DNA of 64,000 nt from the NCBI RefSeq assembly GCF_963921235.1, contig NC_086100.1, forward strand, positions 204,106,001 to 204,170,000, given 5' to 3'. Position numbers and translations under genes: made by a program. A model generated the notes under the pieces. That model searched no databases and was not told the DNA's origin. It was given only the letters and a program-made list of their open reading frames with translations. The DNA comes from Mobula hypostoma (Eukaryota). Numbering within the stretch: position 1 is the stretch's first letter; the number at the start of each line of letters is the position of its first letter. Shown here piece by piece: positions 50,719 to 62,954 of the stretch.

Positions 50719-51229
50719 TATTTTCGAAAGATTTATTGAATTGTCGATTCTTGCTGACTGGACACCAAAAAAATGGCTGTTTGTACCGTAATATACAATC
50801 TGAACATCAAATCCTCCTCAGTGCTGTCGACGCGGGCATTTATAGCAGCATCCGCTCCAGGGGATGAGCGACAACGTCGAGCGAATTCTCGTCTTGATTT
50901 GAAACAGTACTTTTCAGGGAGATCTACGGGATAGAACCAGTCGTCACCAAAATAACAGTGGAGGTTATAGAAACTTAACGTGAGGTTTTGTTCTGTCTCC
51001 TTGGCAAACAAATCTTAAACGTAGCCAATATTTTGGGGTAAAATATATTTCGTGCTCTTCCTCATTATATCGTGCTGTGGCTACAATCTGTGTAAACCGG
51101 AGAAAGCGAGTGTAATTTTATTTCAGATAGACAGAATAAAATTAGTACATTTTCTCCAAACCTCTCAGCTTCATTTTTTTTGTGTGTCTGCGTTCAAGGT
51201 TAAACGTGAACCGTGTTCAGCCGATGATT

Positions 51230-51345
51230 GAATAAAGAAAGTAAAGAGTAATTGTCGTGTGAATTCAGTGACTGGAGGTAATGGTCCCACCTGGGTATCT
51301 CATTGTGTCATGACGTCATCGCTTACCAAGCGATTGGCTCTACAG
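51230..51345 (+). promoter_or_regulatory. Candidate promoter: perfect CRE, inverted CCAAT (Y-box-like) and a loose ISRE-like motif
   Basis: TGACGTCA at 51311-51318; GATTGGC at 51332-51338; AAGAAAGTAAAG near 51235-51246. Confidence 0.5.
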
Positions 51346-51518
51346 CGTTAAACAGCTGAGCTGTTCTGATGTCTGTTCCCAAGCATAACACTTTAAGTAT
51401 GTGTTTAGAATATATTGGATATTTTTAATAAGGCGCTTCACAAATTTAACATTCGCTGTTTAATGCATATTTTTGATGGCTGGGAATTATTCTTTGTGTT
51501 TCTTTTCTTTTTCACCAG

Positions 51519-51657
51519 ACTATACAATCAGAAAATAAATGTACATCACAGTTGAGGTTATCTCCAGCCCGGAGGAGAAGTTGTTAACCCCTTGAAGTTC
51601 TGCAGTTGCCGGCTTACAGATACACCCTGTTATTTGTTTGTGTTAAATGAAAATGAG
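51519..51657 (+). other. Candidate exon (5' UTR or decayed leader)
   Basis: Strong acceptor tttcttttctttttcaccAG ending at 51518 and donor gag|GTAAGT at 51658; no frame is fully open. Confidence 0.6.
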
Positions 51658-51779
51658 GTAAGTTTTTTTTTAAAGCGATGATTATAGAGATAAGATTTAA
51701 ATACACACGTAGCTTAAATAACAGCAAATTGGTCCAAGGATCGAATCAAGTTCTGCGAATGAAGAGGGATGCACCCAAA

Positions 51780-52647
51780 GCCTGGGGAATCTACACAACT
51801 ATCCACTCAACTCACAGGCACTCAGTTGTGTCATTTAATGGAGAGTCACATAGAAATTTGGAAAAGTGGGATAGACGAACCAAACAAGTTGTATGCAGTG
51901 CTTTAACGTGAGAGCAATCCAAGGCAGAATTTCGTTGTACAATGCGGTTCAAGTTCAACTGCAGAAATATCTGTGTTTCCGTCCTTTCGTCATCTTCTCA
52001 GTGGGCACTCTGATGCTATCGCTGCTCTTCCATAAACATCACTGAGCAATCTCTGATGTAACGTCTTCTCCATCAACGCTTCATGATGCATTTCTGGTGA
52101 CAAGGACTTGGTCGATGAAACATTGGTCCCAGAGACAGCTGAGAGCATAACGACCTTGGTGCGCAAGTTCAGTGATAACCACAGGTGCCTTTACTGGTAG
52201 ATTAGTTGGCGTGACGATGTTTCGCCACACGTCTCCTTGAACTGTAGTAATTCTAATCTCGAAACAGGCTCGGCCCAATATGTACACAGAGCTCTCAGTT
52301 TAACAATATTGAGCAAATCACTGCTGTAACCTGCCACGAACATGATTTCCCAATATGTCAGAGTGGCGTGGAGGGAAATCGTCCGCCAAATGGAAATTCC
52401 AGATACGACCTAATAACGAGGCCAACGTTAAGTGTGAAAGATCACAAGCCGGTCTATCGATCTGTGATTGAATATTCTACAATACCGTGCGGGGAAATGA
52501 TCAATGCCAGGGCAGAATATCTGGAGGATCGGGTTTCCACCTTCGTCTTATCTGTAGGGTTGCATTGTTCAAACGCTCTCCAACCATGCAATCCTTGGTA
52601 GAGACTTGCACCAGTACTGCCAAATGCACATCCGAATGCAGAATCTA
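51780..52647 (+). pseudogene. Decayed MHC class I-like gene with apparently intronless alpha1-alpha2-alpha3-TM region
   Basis: C1-set motif VTCHEHDF[YP]QYVRVAW (52326-52371, needs 5 nt restored), PNGNSRYDL (52386), YR(S)VIE(Y)STIP (TCT/TAT one change from TGT/CAT); upstream FSINAS*CISGDKD resembles alpha2 YAYDGEDFISFDKD; hydrophobic stretch then KR near 52535-52576. Confidence 0.55.
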
Positions 52648-53716
52648 AGGGAATAAACGGGACCTTTTCAGAATGGCAGGCGGTGACTAGTGGGGTACCG
52701 CAAGGCTCAGTGCTGGGACCCCAGTTGTTTACAATATATATTAATGATTGGGATGAGGGAATTAAATGCAGCATCTCCAAGTTTGCGGATGACACGAAGC
52801 TGGGTGGCAGTGTTAGCAGTGAGGAGGATGCTAAGAGGATGCAGGGTGACTTGGATAGGTTGGGTGAGTGGGCAAATTCATGGCAGATGCAATTTAATGT
52901 GGATAAATGTGAAGTTATCCACTTTGGTGGCAAAAATAGGAAAACAGATTATTATCTGAGTGGTGGCCGATTAGGAAAAGGGGAGGTGCAACGAGACCTG
53001 GGTGTCATTATACACCAGTCATTGAAAGTGGGCATGCAGGTACAGCAGGCGGTGAAAAAGGCGAATGGTATGCTGGCATTTATAGCAAGAGGATTCGAGT
53101 ACAGGAGCAGGGAGGTACTACTGCAGTTGTACAAGGCCTTGGTGAGACCACGCCTGGAGTATTGTGTGCAGTTTTGGTCCCCTAATCTGAGGAAAGACAT
53201 CTTTGCCATAGAGGGAGTACAAAGAAGGTTCACCAGATTGATTCCTGGGATGGCAGGACTTTCATATGAAGAAAGACTGCATGAACTGGGCTTGTACTCG
53301 TTGGAATTTAGAAGATTGAGGGGGGATATGATTGAAACGTATAAGATCCTAAAGGGATTGGACAGGCTAGATGCAGGAAGATCGTTCCCGATGTTGGGGA
53401 AGTCCAGAACGAGGGGTCACAGTTTGAGGATAGAGGGGAAGCCTTTTAGGACCGAGATTAGGAAAAACTTCTTCACACAGAGAGTGGTGAATCTGTGGAA
53501 TTCTCTGCCACAGGAAACAGTTGACGCCGGTTCATTGGCTATATTTAAGAGGGAGTTAGATATGGCCCTTGTGGCTACGGCGATCAGGGGGTATGGAGGG
53601 AAGGCTGGGGCGGGTTCTGAGTTGGATGATCAGCCATGATCATAATAAATGGCGGTGCAGGCTCGAAGGGCCGAATGGCCTACTCCTGCACCTATTTTCT
53701 ATGTTTCTATGTTTCT
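52648..53716 (+). mobile_element. CR1 family A, 5'-truncated young copy
   Basis: Open 318-aa RT C-terminal frame; (TTTCTATG)n tail. Confidence 0.95.
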
Positions 53717-54352
53717 ATATTCTAGTAGGCGTCAAGTTTACCACTATCAAATGTAAGATTGTAAGGTACAGGAGCAGAATCAGGTATTCGGACTATTAAG
53801 TGTCGCACATTGTGTGTCGACAGGAGGAAATTCGGACGTGATTAAAGTATTTCCCCGAGGGCAGAAGAGGGAATCCCGGCCGGTGAGGGAGAGGTAAGTC
53901 AGACGGTAGTATGAGGTCACCTGTGCAGACGGTGCCAGTGTCAATCTGTCTGTCTCGTTGACTCTGTCTTTCTCTCACATGCATATCTAACATTGTATCT
54001 GAGGCTTGAGATTCACTTTATGCCTCCCTGAATCTATTCATCTGCCAATATAAAACAGTTTATTTTTGTTATTTAACAAGACTGCCATTTCTTTGCAGGT
54101 TGTAAGATTTCTTCTCAATGTTCGTTTGACCTTTGGCAGATTTGAGATGCTCACAAAAGTCTATTACATCAGAAACATCAAAAGAAAAAATCTTGAGGAA
54201 CTCAGCAGAGTTTTTACAGCATTGTCTGTGTGTGTGTGTTGTCCTCGGTTCCAGCTTCTGCAGAGTTTCTGATATTTGTACATCAGGAACGTGCTCATCT
54301 GACCACTGCCAGCGCGGCTTTGTTCTGTTCATTGTATCTCTGTCTGTATCTG

Positions 54353-54383
<31 letters not shown>

Positions 54384-55770
54384 TTGTTTTGTGAGTGTGC
54401 ATTTTTGTGTACCTATGCGTGTGTTTGACAATGTGTGTAGCCAGGAGGGATGCGAAGCACTGAAGGAGAGCTCAAACTGGAAAACCATAAGGACAGAAGT
54501 TCGGGATGGGACAGTATTGGTGAACTCCTTACAGATGAATATCAGGCATCAAAAACGTGAACTCAGTGAAGGTGGCTGCTCCGTGACTGCCATAAGGAGG
54601 TGGCTGGGAACGGACCCAAGTGCAAGACACAGACACTGAAGTCTAGGGACAGGACTAGGATACAGGGTGAGGGCAAGGACATGGATACGAAAACCGGGAA
54701 CCCGGAACAGGACTGGACAAGAGAGCTAGGAGCCTGGGCTTGGACTCTGAGCCAGAGACTGGACAAGGACCCAGAACCTGGGTCTTGCCTCTGGATCGGA
54801 CCCCAGAATTAGGCAAGGACATGACTTGGCTGGCAGGCAGGACGAGGCTGGAGTCTTCAGACTTGAGCCGAGGCTGGAGACTGGTGGAGGAGCGGGTAGT
54901 GTTGAGCAAGCAGAGACTGCAGAGAGACTTAAGACAGTTTAGGGGAATGGGCAGAGAAGTGGCAAATGAAATACAATGTTGGAAAGTGTACGAATAAAAT
55001 CAATGAAATTTTTTTGGATGAAAGAAATTTTTTTATTTCGGTCAGTAGAAATATAACAAAAACATCATTTTTCAACAATGATGTCATAAAACAAAATTAA
55101 ATAATAAATAAAATTAAATTAAATAACACAGACCTGAAGAATGTAGGCGGAACCTACAGCTCATCACACCTACCCCTCTTAATTATACAATAACATATTC
55201 GGCATCAATCATCACATCAAAACAAAATTTTTCCTAATCTTTTAACACAAAATCCAATTCCAAGTTTCATTTATTTACATTACTCCCATTCATTTTAAAT
55301 CATGTGTTTTATATTTGTACATTAAATTATTTTTAAATAATTTTTAAACTTAAGTATGGTACATGTTTTTAAATTCTCACTACAACTGTTCCATAGATTT
55401 ACCCCTCTGACTGAAATACAATCATTTTTCTACATTTGTTCTTATCCTTTGTTTTTGAAATGTACCTATCCCTCTCAAATCATGCTGACGTTGTCATTTT
55501 AAACAATTTTGAATACTATGTGGTAACTATCCATTTTTTACTTTATACATAATTTGTATTATTTTAAAATCTACGAAATCTCTGAATTTTAAAGGGTTTA
55601 GTTGAATAAATAGTGGATTGGTTGGCTCATCTTATTTACAATTCGTATGACTTTCTTTTGGAGTTAAAAATAAAATCGAGTTTGTAAATGTTTTCTATGT
55701 ATTTCCCCATAACTCAACACAGTAAGACATGTATGGGATGATAAGTGAACAGTGTATAAGTGTATATAAA

Positions 55771-56544
55771 TGTAACGTTCCGTTATATTGGCTCGTGTAT
55801 GTCTAGGGGAAATCCAGCCCAGCACCTGCTTCAACACTCCCCTCAGGGTCAGTCGCCGCCTGATTCAATCACAACATCAATCATCAGCCAGCACACCCAG
55901 TAAATTTTAACAAATACACTTTATAGATATTACTAATTCTATGACATTAATATACATTTGATACAGAGAGGAAAGTAATGAAAAAAAAAGGCGCCAACAC
56001 TTATCAAAGTCCAAGTTCTTCATGCGCTACCGTTGGAGCTCAATTCGACATCAGACGACCACCCGGATCCTGTCGACTCACAGCTCGGGATCACCCTGAG
56101 TGATTGACCGGAGCCTCTCCACACGTCCGCCGTCCTCCTCGTCCCTCCTCCGACTCTCTGTCTCTCCCCCGACTCCCCGTCTCTCCACTGTCCTCCCTGT
56201 TTCTCCTCCGTCTCCCCTCCGACTCCCTGTCTCTCCTCCGACTCCTCGTCTCTCCTCCGTCCTCCCCGTCTCTACTCCGTCCTCCCTGTCTCTCCTCCGA
56301 CTCCCCGTCTCTCCTTCGACTCCCCGCCAAAACTCAGTCCACAGTCATATCATACAGCATGGTATCCGAAAACAAAACGATACATAACCACCCATTGGCT
56401 ACTAGAAGGCTGCTATCTCAATTTAAAGTAAAACGAACTGCTAGCGCAAACTCTCTTCAGCGTTAAAACATAACAAAGCCACATTCCCCAGATTAACATA
56501 ACAAAGTCGCCATTTTAAATGTAACAAAAGAAAGACCCCGTACA
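55771..56544. mobile_element. Intact solo LTR (774 bp) with 4-bp TSD
   Basis: TGTAAC...GTACA termini; TAAA at 55767-55770 and 56545-56548; internal ctccgactccccgtctct repeats at ~56130-56325. Confidence 0.85.
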
Positions 56545-57388
56545 TAAAGATTCCTGATTTAAGAAATCTTGCACTTTGTACAGTATTGCAATAAATTTTC
56601 CCGTTTTTGCTTTGACATAATTTTATGTGGTTTCCAGCTTAATTTATTATCCGTTACCACTCCTAAAAATTTTGTTTCAGATGCCTTATCAATTTTGATA
56701 TCATTTATTCCAAGTTTACTATATGAGTTTGACACACAATTTCCAAATATTATGAATTTAATTTTACTTAGTTTTCGTGATAATTTGTTAGTATCAAACC
56801 CCTTCTTTATAATTTTTAATTCTTTCTCCATTGGATCCAAAAGTTGTTTCTGATGTTCCCCACTACAAAATATAGTTGCATCGTCAGCAAATAATATACA
56901 TTTTAATGTCTGAGAAACCATACATATATCGTTTATATACAAAATAAACAGCAATGGACCAAGCACTGAACCCTGTCTTTGGAACTTCACTTTCCTTTTG
57001 TACTATCTAAATTGAATAGACAGATGGTTAATCCAATAATTAAACATACATTACAAATATGGTTTCAATTGCGTAAATTTTTTGGTTTGAACAAATTTAT
57101 ATTATCAAGCCCTATTATATCTAATTTTTTTTTCACCCCTTGGTTATGGATCAAGCCTTTTTGATATGGAAAATGAAAGGTATAACATGTTTTTGTGACT
57201 TATTTCTGAATAACTGTTTCATGTCTTTTGAACAGTTATCTAATAAATTTAATTTGTCCAGATCCCACTTCTTTAGATATTTACTCATAAGAACTTTTTA
57301 AATACCACGCTGCCTACCTTCCCAATTTCACACCCTACTGATGCCATTGACAAAATTTTAGGTTTAAATCCCTTTCAGAACAGATTAA

Positions 57389-59366
57389 TAGAAAACATAG
57401 AAAACATAGAAAATAGGTGCAGGAGTAGGCCATTCGGCCCTTCGAGCCTGCACCACCATTTATTATGATCATGGCTGATCAGCCAACTCAGAACCCTGCA
57501 CCAGCCCTCCCTCCATACCCCCTGATCCCCATAGCCACAAGGGCCATATCTAACTCCCTCTTAAATATAGCCAATGAACTGGCCTAAACTGTTTCCTGTG
57601 GCAGAGAATTCCACAGATTCACCACTCTCTGTGTGAAGAAGTTTTTCCTAATCTCAGTCCTAAAAGGCTTCGCCTTTATCCTCAAACTGTGACCCCTCGT
57701 TCTGGACTTCCCCAACATCGGGAACAATCTTCCTGCATCTAGCCTGTCCAATCCCTTTAGGATTTTATACATTTCAATCAGATCCCCCCTCAATCTTCTA
57801 AATTCCAACGAGTACAAGCCTAGTTCATGCAGTCTTTCATCACATGAAAGTCCTGCCATCCCAGGAATCAATCTGGTGAACCTTCTTTATACTCCCTCTA
57901 TGGCAAGGATGCCTTTCCTCAGATTAGGGGACCAAAACTGCACACAATACTCCAGGTGTGGTCTCACCAAGGCCTTGTACAACTGCAGTAGTACCTCCCT
58001 GCTCCTGTACTCGAATCCTCTTGCTATAAATGCCAGCATACCATTCGCCTTTTTCACCGTCTGCTGCACCTGCATGCCCACTTTCAATGACTGGTGTATA
58101 ATGACACCCAGGTCTCGTTGCACCTCCCCTTTTCCTAATCGGCCACCATTCAGATAATAATTTGTTTTCCTATTTTTGCCACCAAAGTGGATAACTTCAC
58201 ATTTATCCACATTAAATTGCATCTGCCATGAATTTGCCCACTCACCCAACCTATCCAAGTCACCCTGCATCCTCTTAGCATCCTCCTCACAGCTAACACT
58301 GCCGCCCAGCTTCGTGTCGTCAGCAAACTTGGAGATGCTGCATTTAATTCCCTCATCCAAGTCATTAATATATATTGTAAACAACTGGGGTCCCAGCACT
58401 GAGCCTTGCGGTACCCCACCAGTCACTGCCTGCCATTCTGAAAAGGTCTCGTTTATTCCCACTCTTTGCTTCCTGTCTGCTAACCAATTCTCTACCCACA
58501 TGAATACCTTACCCCCAATACCATGTGCTTTAAGTTTGCACACTAATCTCCTGTGTGGGACCTTGTTAAAAGCCTTCTGAAAATCCAAATATACCACATC
58601 CACTGGTTCTCCCCATCCACTCTCCTAGTTACATCCTCAAAAAATTCTATGAGATTCGTCAGACATGATTTTCCTTTCACAAATCCATGCTGACTTTGTC
58701 CGATGATTTCATCGCTTTCCAAATGTGCTGTTATCACATCTTTGCTAACTGACTCCAGCAGTTTCCCCACCACCGACGTTAGGCTAACCGGTCTATAATT
58801 CCCCGGTTTCTCTCTCCCTCCTTTTTTAAAAAGTGGGGTTACATTAGCCACCCTCCAATCCTCAAGAACTTGTCCAGAATCTAATGAGTTTTGAAAAATT
58901 ATCACTAATGCATTCAGTATTTCCTGGACTACTTCCTTAAGCACTCTGGGATGCAGACCATCTGGCCCTGGGGATTTATCTCCCTTTAATCCCTTCAATT
59001 TACCTAACACCACTTCCCTACTAACATGTATTTCGCTCAGTTCCTCCATCTCACTGGACCCTCCGTCCCCTACTATTTCTGGAAGATTATTTATGTCCTC
59101 CTTAGTGAAGACAGAACCAAAGTAATTATTCAATTGGTTGGCCATGTCCTTGCTCCCCATAATCAGTTCACCTGTTTCTGTCTGTGGGGGACCTACATTT
59201 GTCTTAACCAGTCTTTTCCTTTTTACATATCTATAAAAGCTTTTACAGCCAGTTTTTATGTTCCTTGCCAGTTTTCTCTCATAATCTTTTTTCCCCTTCC
59301 TAATTAAGCCCTTTGTCCTCCTCTGCTGAACTCTGAATTTCTCCCAGTCCTCAGGTGAGCCACTTT
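57389..59366 (-). mobile_element. CR1 family A, 5'-truncated
   Basis: RT ORFs 58543-59160 and 57887-58603; (AGAAAACAT)n tail; ttaatag/ttaaatag at the junctions. Confidence 0.94.
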
Positions 59367-59384
59367 TTAAATAGCATCTATTTA

Positions 59385-60021
59385 GATTAGATTAGATTAG
59401 ATTATGAGGACATGCAGTCCTCTTTTATTGTCATTTAGTAATGCATGCATTAAGAAATGATACAATATTTTTCCAGAATGATATCACAGAAATACATGAC
59501 AAACCAACTGAAAAACTGACAAAAACCACATAGTTATAACATATAGTTACAACAGTGCAAAGCAATACCATAATTTGATAAGAACAGACCATGGGCACGG
59601 TAAAAGTCTCAAAGTCTCTCGAAAGTCCCATCATCTCATGCAGACGGTGAACCACCATCGCCACAAACTTGCCGATGTAGCATCCGACCACAGTCCGACT
59701 CCGAGTCCGCCCGAAAATTCCGAGCCTCCGGCCAGCTCTCCGACACCGAGCACAATTTCTGCCGAGCGCTTCGACCCCAACCCCAGCAACAGGCAATAGG
59801 CAAAGCCAAGGATTTGGGGCCTTCCCTTCTGGAGATTCTCGATCGCACAGTAGCAGCGGCAGCAAAGCAGGCATTTCAGAAGTTTCAGGTGTTCCTCTGC
59901 GCTTCTCACGGCTGTCTCCATCAAATCAGGATTGTGCATGGCCCCTAGTTAACACATACGATATCATTCAGAACGGCCGCGCGCACTGCATCGCACCGCC
60001 ATCTTCTCCTCCCTTCCTCCA
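59385..60021 (-). mobile_element. Short non-coding retroposon (~640 bp) with (TCTAA)n tail
   Basis: (TTAGA)4 at the left end; GC-rich head with AAGATGGCGG on the minus strand at 59996-60005; TATTTA on both flanks. Confidence 0.7.
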
Positions 60022-61319
60022 TATTTACGATATAATTATGAAATTACAGCCAGGTATATCTGATAAAATTAAAAATGAATGGGAAAGGGAACTTCAACTT
60101 TGCTGACCTATAGAGAAATGGGATAAAATTTTTCAATTAGTTAGTTCTTCCTCTATATGTGCCAAACATATGCTAATACAATTTAAAGTAGTGCATAGGG
60201 CCCATATGTCTAAAGATAAATTAGCCCGTTTTTATTCACATATGAACCCTACCTGGACAGATGTCACTCTGAGGTGGCTTTCTGAACTCACATGTTTTGA
60301 TCCTGCCCTCTTTTGGAAAAATTCTGCCAAGATATTTCTGATATTATCTCAACAGTTATGTATTTTGACTTACAACCCCATCCCGTTACGGCAATTTTTG
60401 GATTGCCAATGACAGAACATAGTTTTTTTATCCTCTTCAGCCTGTCAGATGATCGTATTTTTTACTTCAATGGCCAGAAGATCCATTTTATTGAACTGGA
60501 AAGAGACCAACCCTCCTACCACATTTCAATGGTTTTCCCAAACTATATCATGTTTAAATTTAGAAAAAAAATCAGAAGTGACATTTTTGATCCTTTGGTT
60601 AGGTTTGAAGAGACTTGGAAACCATTTATTCAAAATTTTCTTATGATGTAATTTGACCATTCTGAATCCTTCTTATTAACTTAAAATATATGAATAGAGG
60701 AGCGGAGTTGACGACATTATTGAACGTATTTGATTTAAGACATTGGTCCAGCCTTGTTTTGTTCCGTTTGCTTTTTTTTGGGGGGTTTAGTATTTAGTTT
60801 TATTTTTGTTTTTTTGGGGGGGTTTTTCTTTGTATTATTTTTTTTCTTTTTATTTCTTTTTATTCTATGATTAACTATATTAAGAGCTTGGAAGTCTATT
60901 GCACCTGTATGATTTGAAATCTTTTTTGTACATGTTTATCAACAATAAGATTATTCCAATCTCTCTGTATCAATATTGTTATTCTGTTTATAATTTTGGA
61001 AAAGTAATAAAAATATTTAAAAAGAAAAGAAAGAAAGAACTTTGTGGAACCCCACAAGTTACCCTCAAAAGTTTTGAATTTGAGTTATTTATATGTACGT
61101 ACTGATACCTGTATTCCAAATAACTACTTAAACAGTCATGTGCCACCTCTCTAATACCATATAGTCCTCATTTTTTTAACAATAATTTATGGTCAATGGT
61201 GTCAAATGCTCTTTTTAGATCAAGGAATATTCCCACTGTGTATTCATTTCTTTCTATAGCGTTTCATATTTCTTCTACAAAATCTATTAATGGTATTGTA
61301 GTGGTATGTTCATGCACTT

Positions 61320-61430
61320 TGAACATAGAACATGGAACATAGAATAGTACAGCACAGTACAGGCCCTTTGGCCCACAATGTTGTGCCGACCCTCAAACCC
61401 TGCCTCCCATATAAGCCCCCACCTTAAATT
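61320..61430 (-). mobile_element. CR1 family C extreme 3' fragment
   Basis: Reverse complement of ~50618-50715, with gaacata repeats. Confidence 0.85.
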
Positions 61431-62168
61431 GGTGGAAGAAATAAACAGGCAGACTATTATTTAGATGGGAAGAAAATTGAAAATGCAGAGATGCAGAGAA
61501 ACTTGTGAGTGTTCGTGCAAGATACCCTAAAGGTTACCCTCCAAGTTGAGTCGGTTATGAAGAGGGCAAATGAAATGTTGGTATTCATTTCTAGATGTAC
61601 AGAATATAAGAGCAGGGATGTGATTTTGAGGCTTGTGTGCAGTTTTGGGCTCCTTATTTTAGAAATGATATACTGACATAGGAGAGGGTTCAGAAGTGAT
61701 TCACGAGAATGATTTCAGGAATGAGTGGGTTACCATATGAGGAACGTCTGGCAGCTCTTGGGCTATATTTCCTGGAGTTCAGGAGAATGACGGGAGAGCT
61801 CATAGAAACATTCCCAATGTTAAAAGGCCTGAACAGATTCAATATAGCAAAGTTATTTCCCATGGTAGGGGATTCTAGGAAAAGAGTGCATGACTTTAGG
61901 ATTGAAGGACGTTGTTTTAGGACTGAAATGAGGAGAAATTACTTTACTCAGAGGGTGGTAAATGTGTGGAATTTGTTGCCACAAGTGGCTGTGGAGGCCA
62001 AGTCATTGGGTGTATCTAAGACAGAGATAGATAGGTTCTTGTTTAGCCAGGGCATCAAATGGTATGGGGTGAAGGCAGGGGAGCAGGAATGACTGGAAGA
62101 ATTGGATCAGCCCATGATTGAATGGCGGAACAGACTTGGTGGGCCAAATGGTGCATATCTCATGGTCT
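61431..62168 (+). mobile_element. CR1 (family B-like) 3' fragment
   Basis: YEERLAALGLYFLEFRRM, RRNYFTQRVVNVWNLLP. Confidence 0.85.
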
Positions 62169-62921
62169 GAACTGTCACATCTCCCACACTTTTATTTTGA
62201 TAGTACAGTTTTATTCCTTCTGAACAAATTTCTGTTTCAGTTAATCAGTTTAGCCATTCAAAACATTAAGTCATTGATCATTAGCATACTGTTTAATTAT
62301 GCATTGAGCTCTGCACCTGCAGAATAATCAAGTTTTTTTTTGAAAAGCGGTCTATTACTTAATACGCTACTTTTTTAGTGAAATACAAAACATTCTCAGG
62401 TTCTTTCCTTGATTTACAAAATGAATGTTTGGAAATCTAAAATTTATCTTTCTAATGATACACTAATGTTGAAGACCAAAAATAAACATCTAAAAATAGT
62501 TAATATATAAATCTAGGATGCCTGAGGGCTTTGCACAGTCTTGCATCACCTACGCTTTATTCGCCTACCTGTAGCGCAGTTTCACTGTGATTGAAACATT
62601 GTGGTCTGTCTCTTTAAATCTAGCATCACAATCTACTTTGGATGGCGAAAAGGAACAGAGTTCATGATTACTGTATCTAGATACTTGTGGCAATTCTAAA
62701 CCAATGTCAAATGTTTGTCTCAGAAAGACGTAAACGAAGTCAGCCAATTCATCTACTGAAGCGGATTTCCCACAGCCACATCCTTACACTTATTCCCGTG
62801 TACCGAATTCTCTGCCACAAGCCAGTGCTGTGTCTCCTGTCTGCACACTGGGGTATTTCCCCTTTGACAAACATAATGCTGGATAAAACTGAGTAGCCTG
62901 GGTAGAGCTGAGAAGCCTAGA

Positions 62922-62954
<33 letters not shown>

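Larger units (their letters stand above)
56976..61038 (+). mobile_element. L1 3' portion, interrupted by CR1-A and a short non-autonomous element
   Basis: NPIIKHTLQIWFQLRKFFG, LIQFKVVHRAHMSK.KL, ARRSILLNWK; T-rich 3' UTR and aataaaa...aaaaagaaaagaaagaaagaa tail. Confidence 0.88.
54995..61310 (-). mobile_element. AT-rich L2/Crack-like LINE acting as host for nested insertions (own segments ~54995-55770, 56545-56975, 61040-61310)
   Basis: [16 protein letters not shown]...ILFADDAT...KFLGV..DNKLSWKPH; IFLDLKRAFDTIDH segment near 61190-61230. Confidence 0.8.

Noticed and set aside
52002..52030. Ly6/uPAR-like AL*CYRC motif after a splice-acceptor-like site
   Set aside because: The remaining Ly6 cysteine pattern is absent; the MHC alpha2 reading explains the region better
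51950..52290. Ig constant-like words on the minus strand (YALSCL, SVDG, RYFC)
   Set aside because: Spacing is poor and there are several stops; probably chance antisense to the + strand relic
62170..62546. Possible right end of a Tc1-type non-autonomous element
   Set aside because: Only a decayed terminal-like motif, with no matching left end or coding sequence
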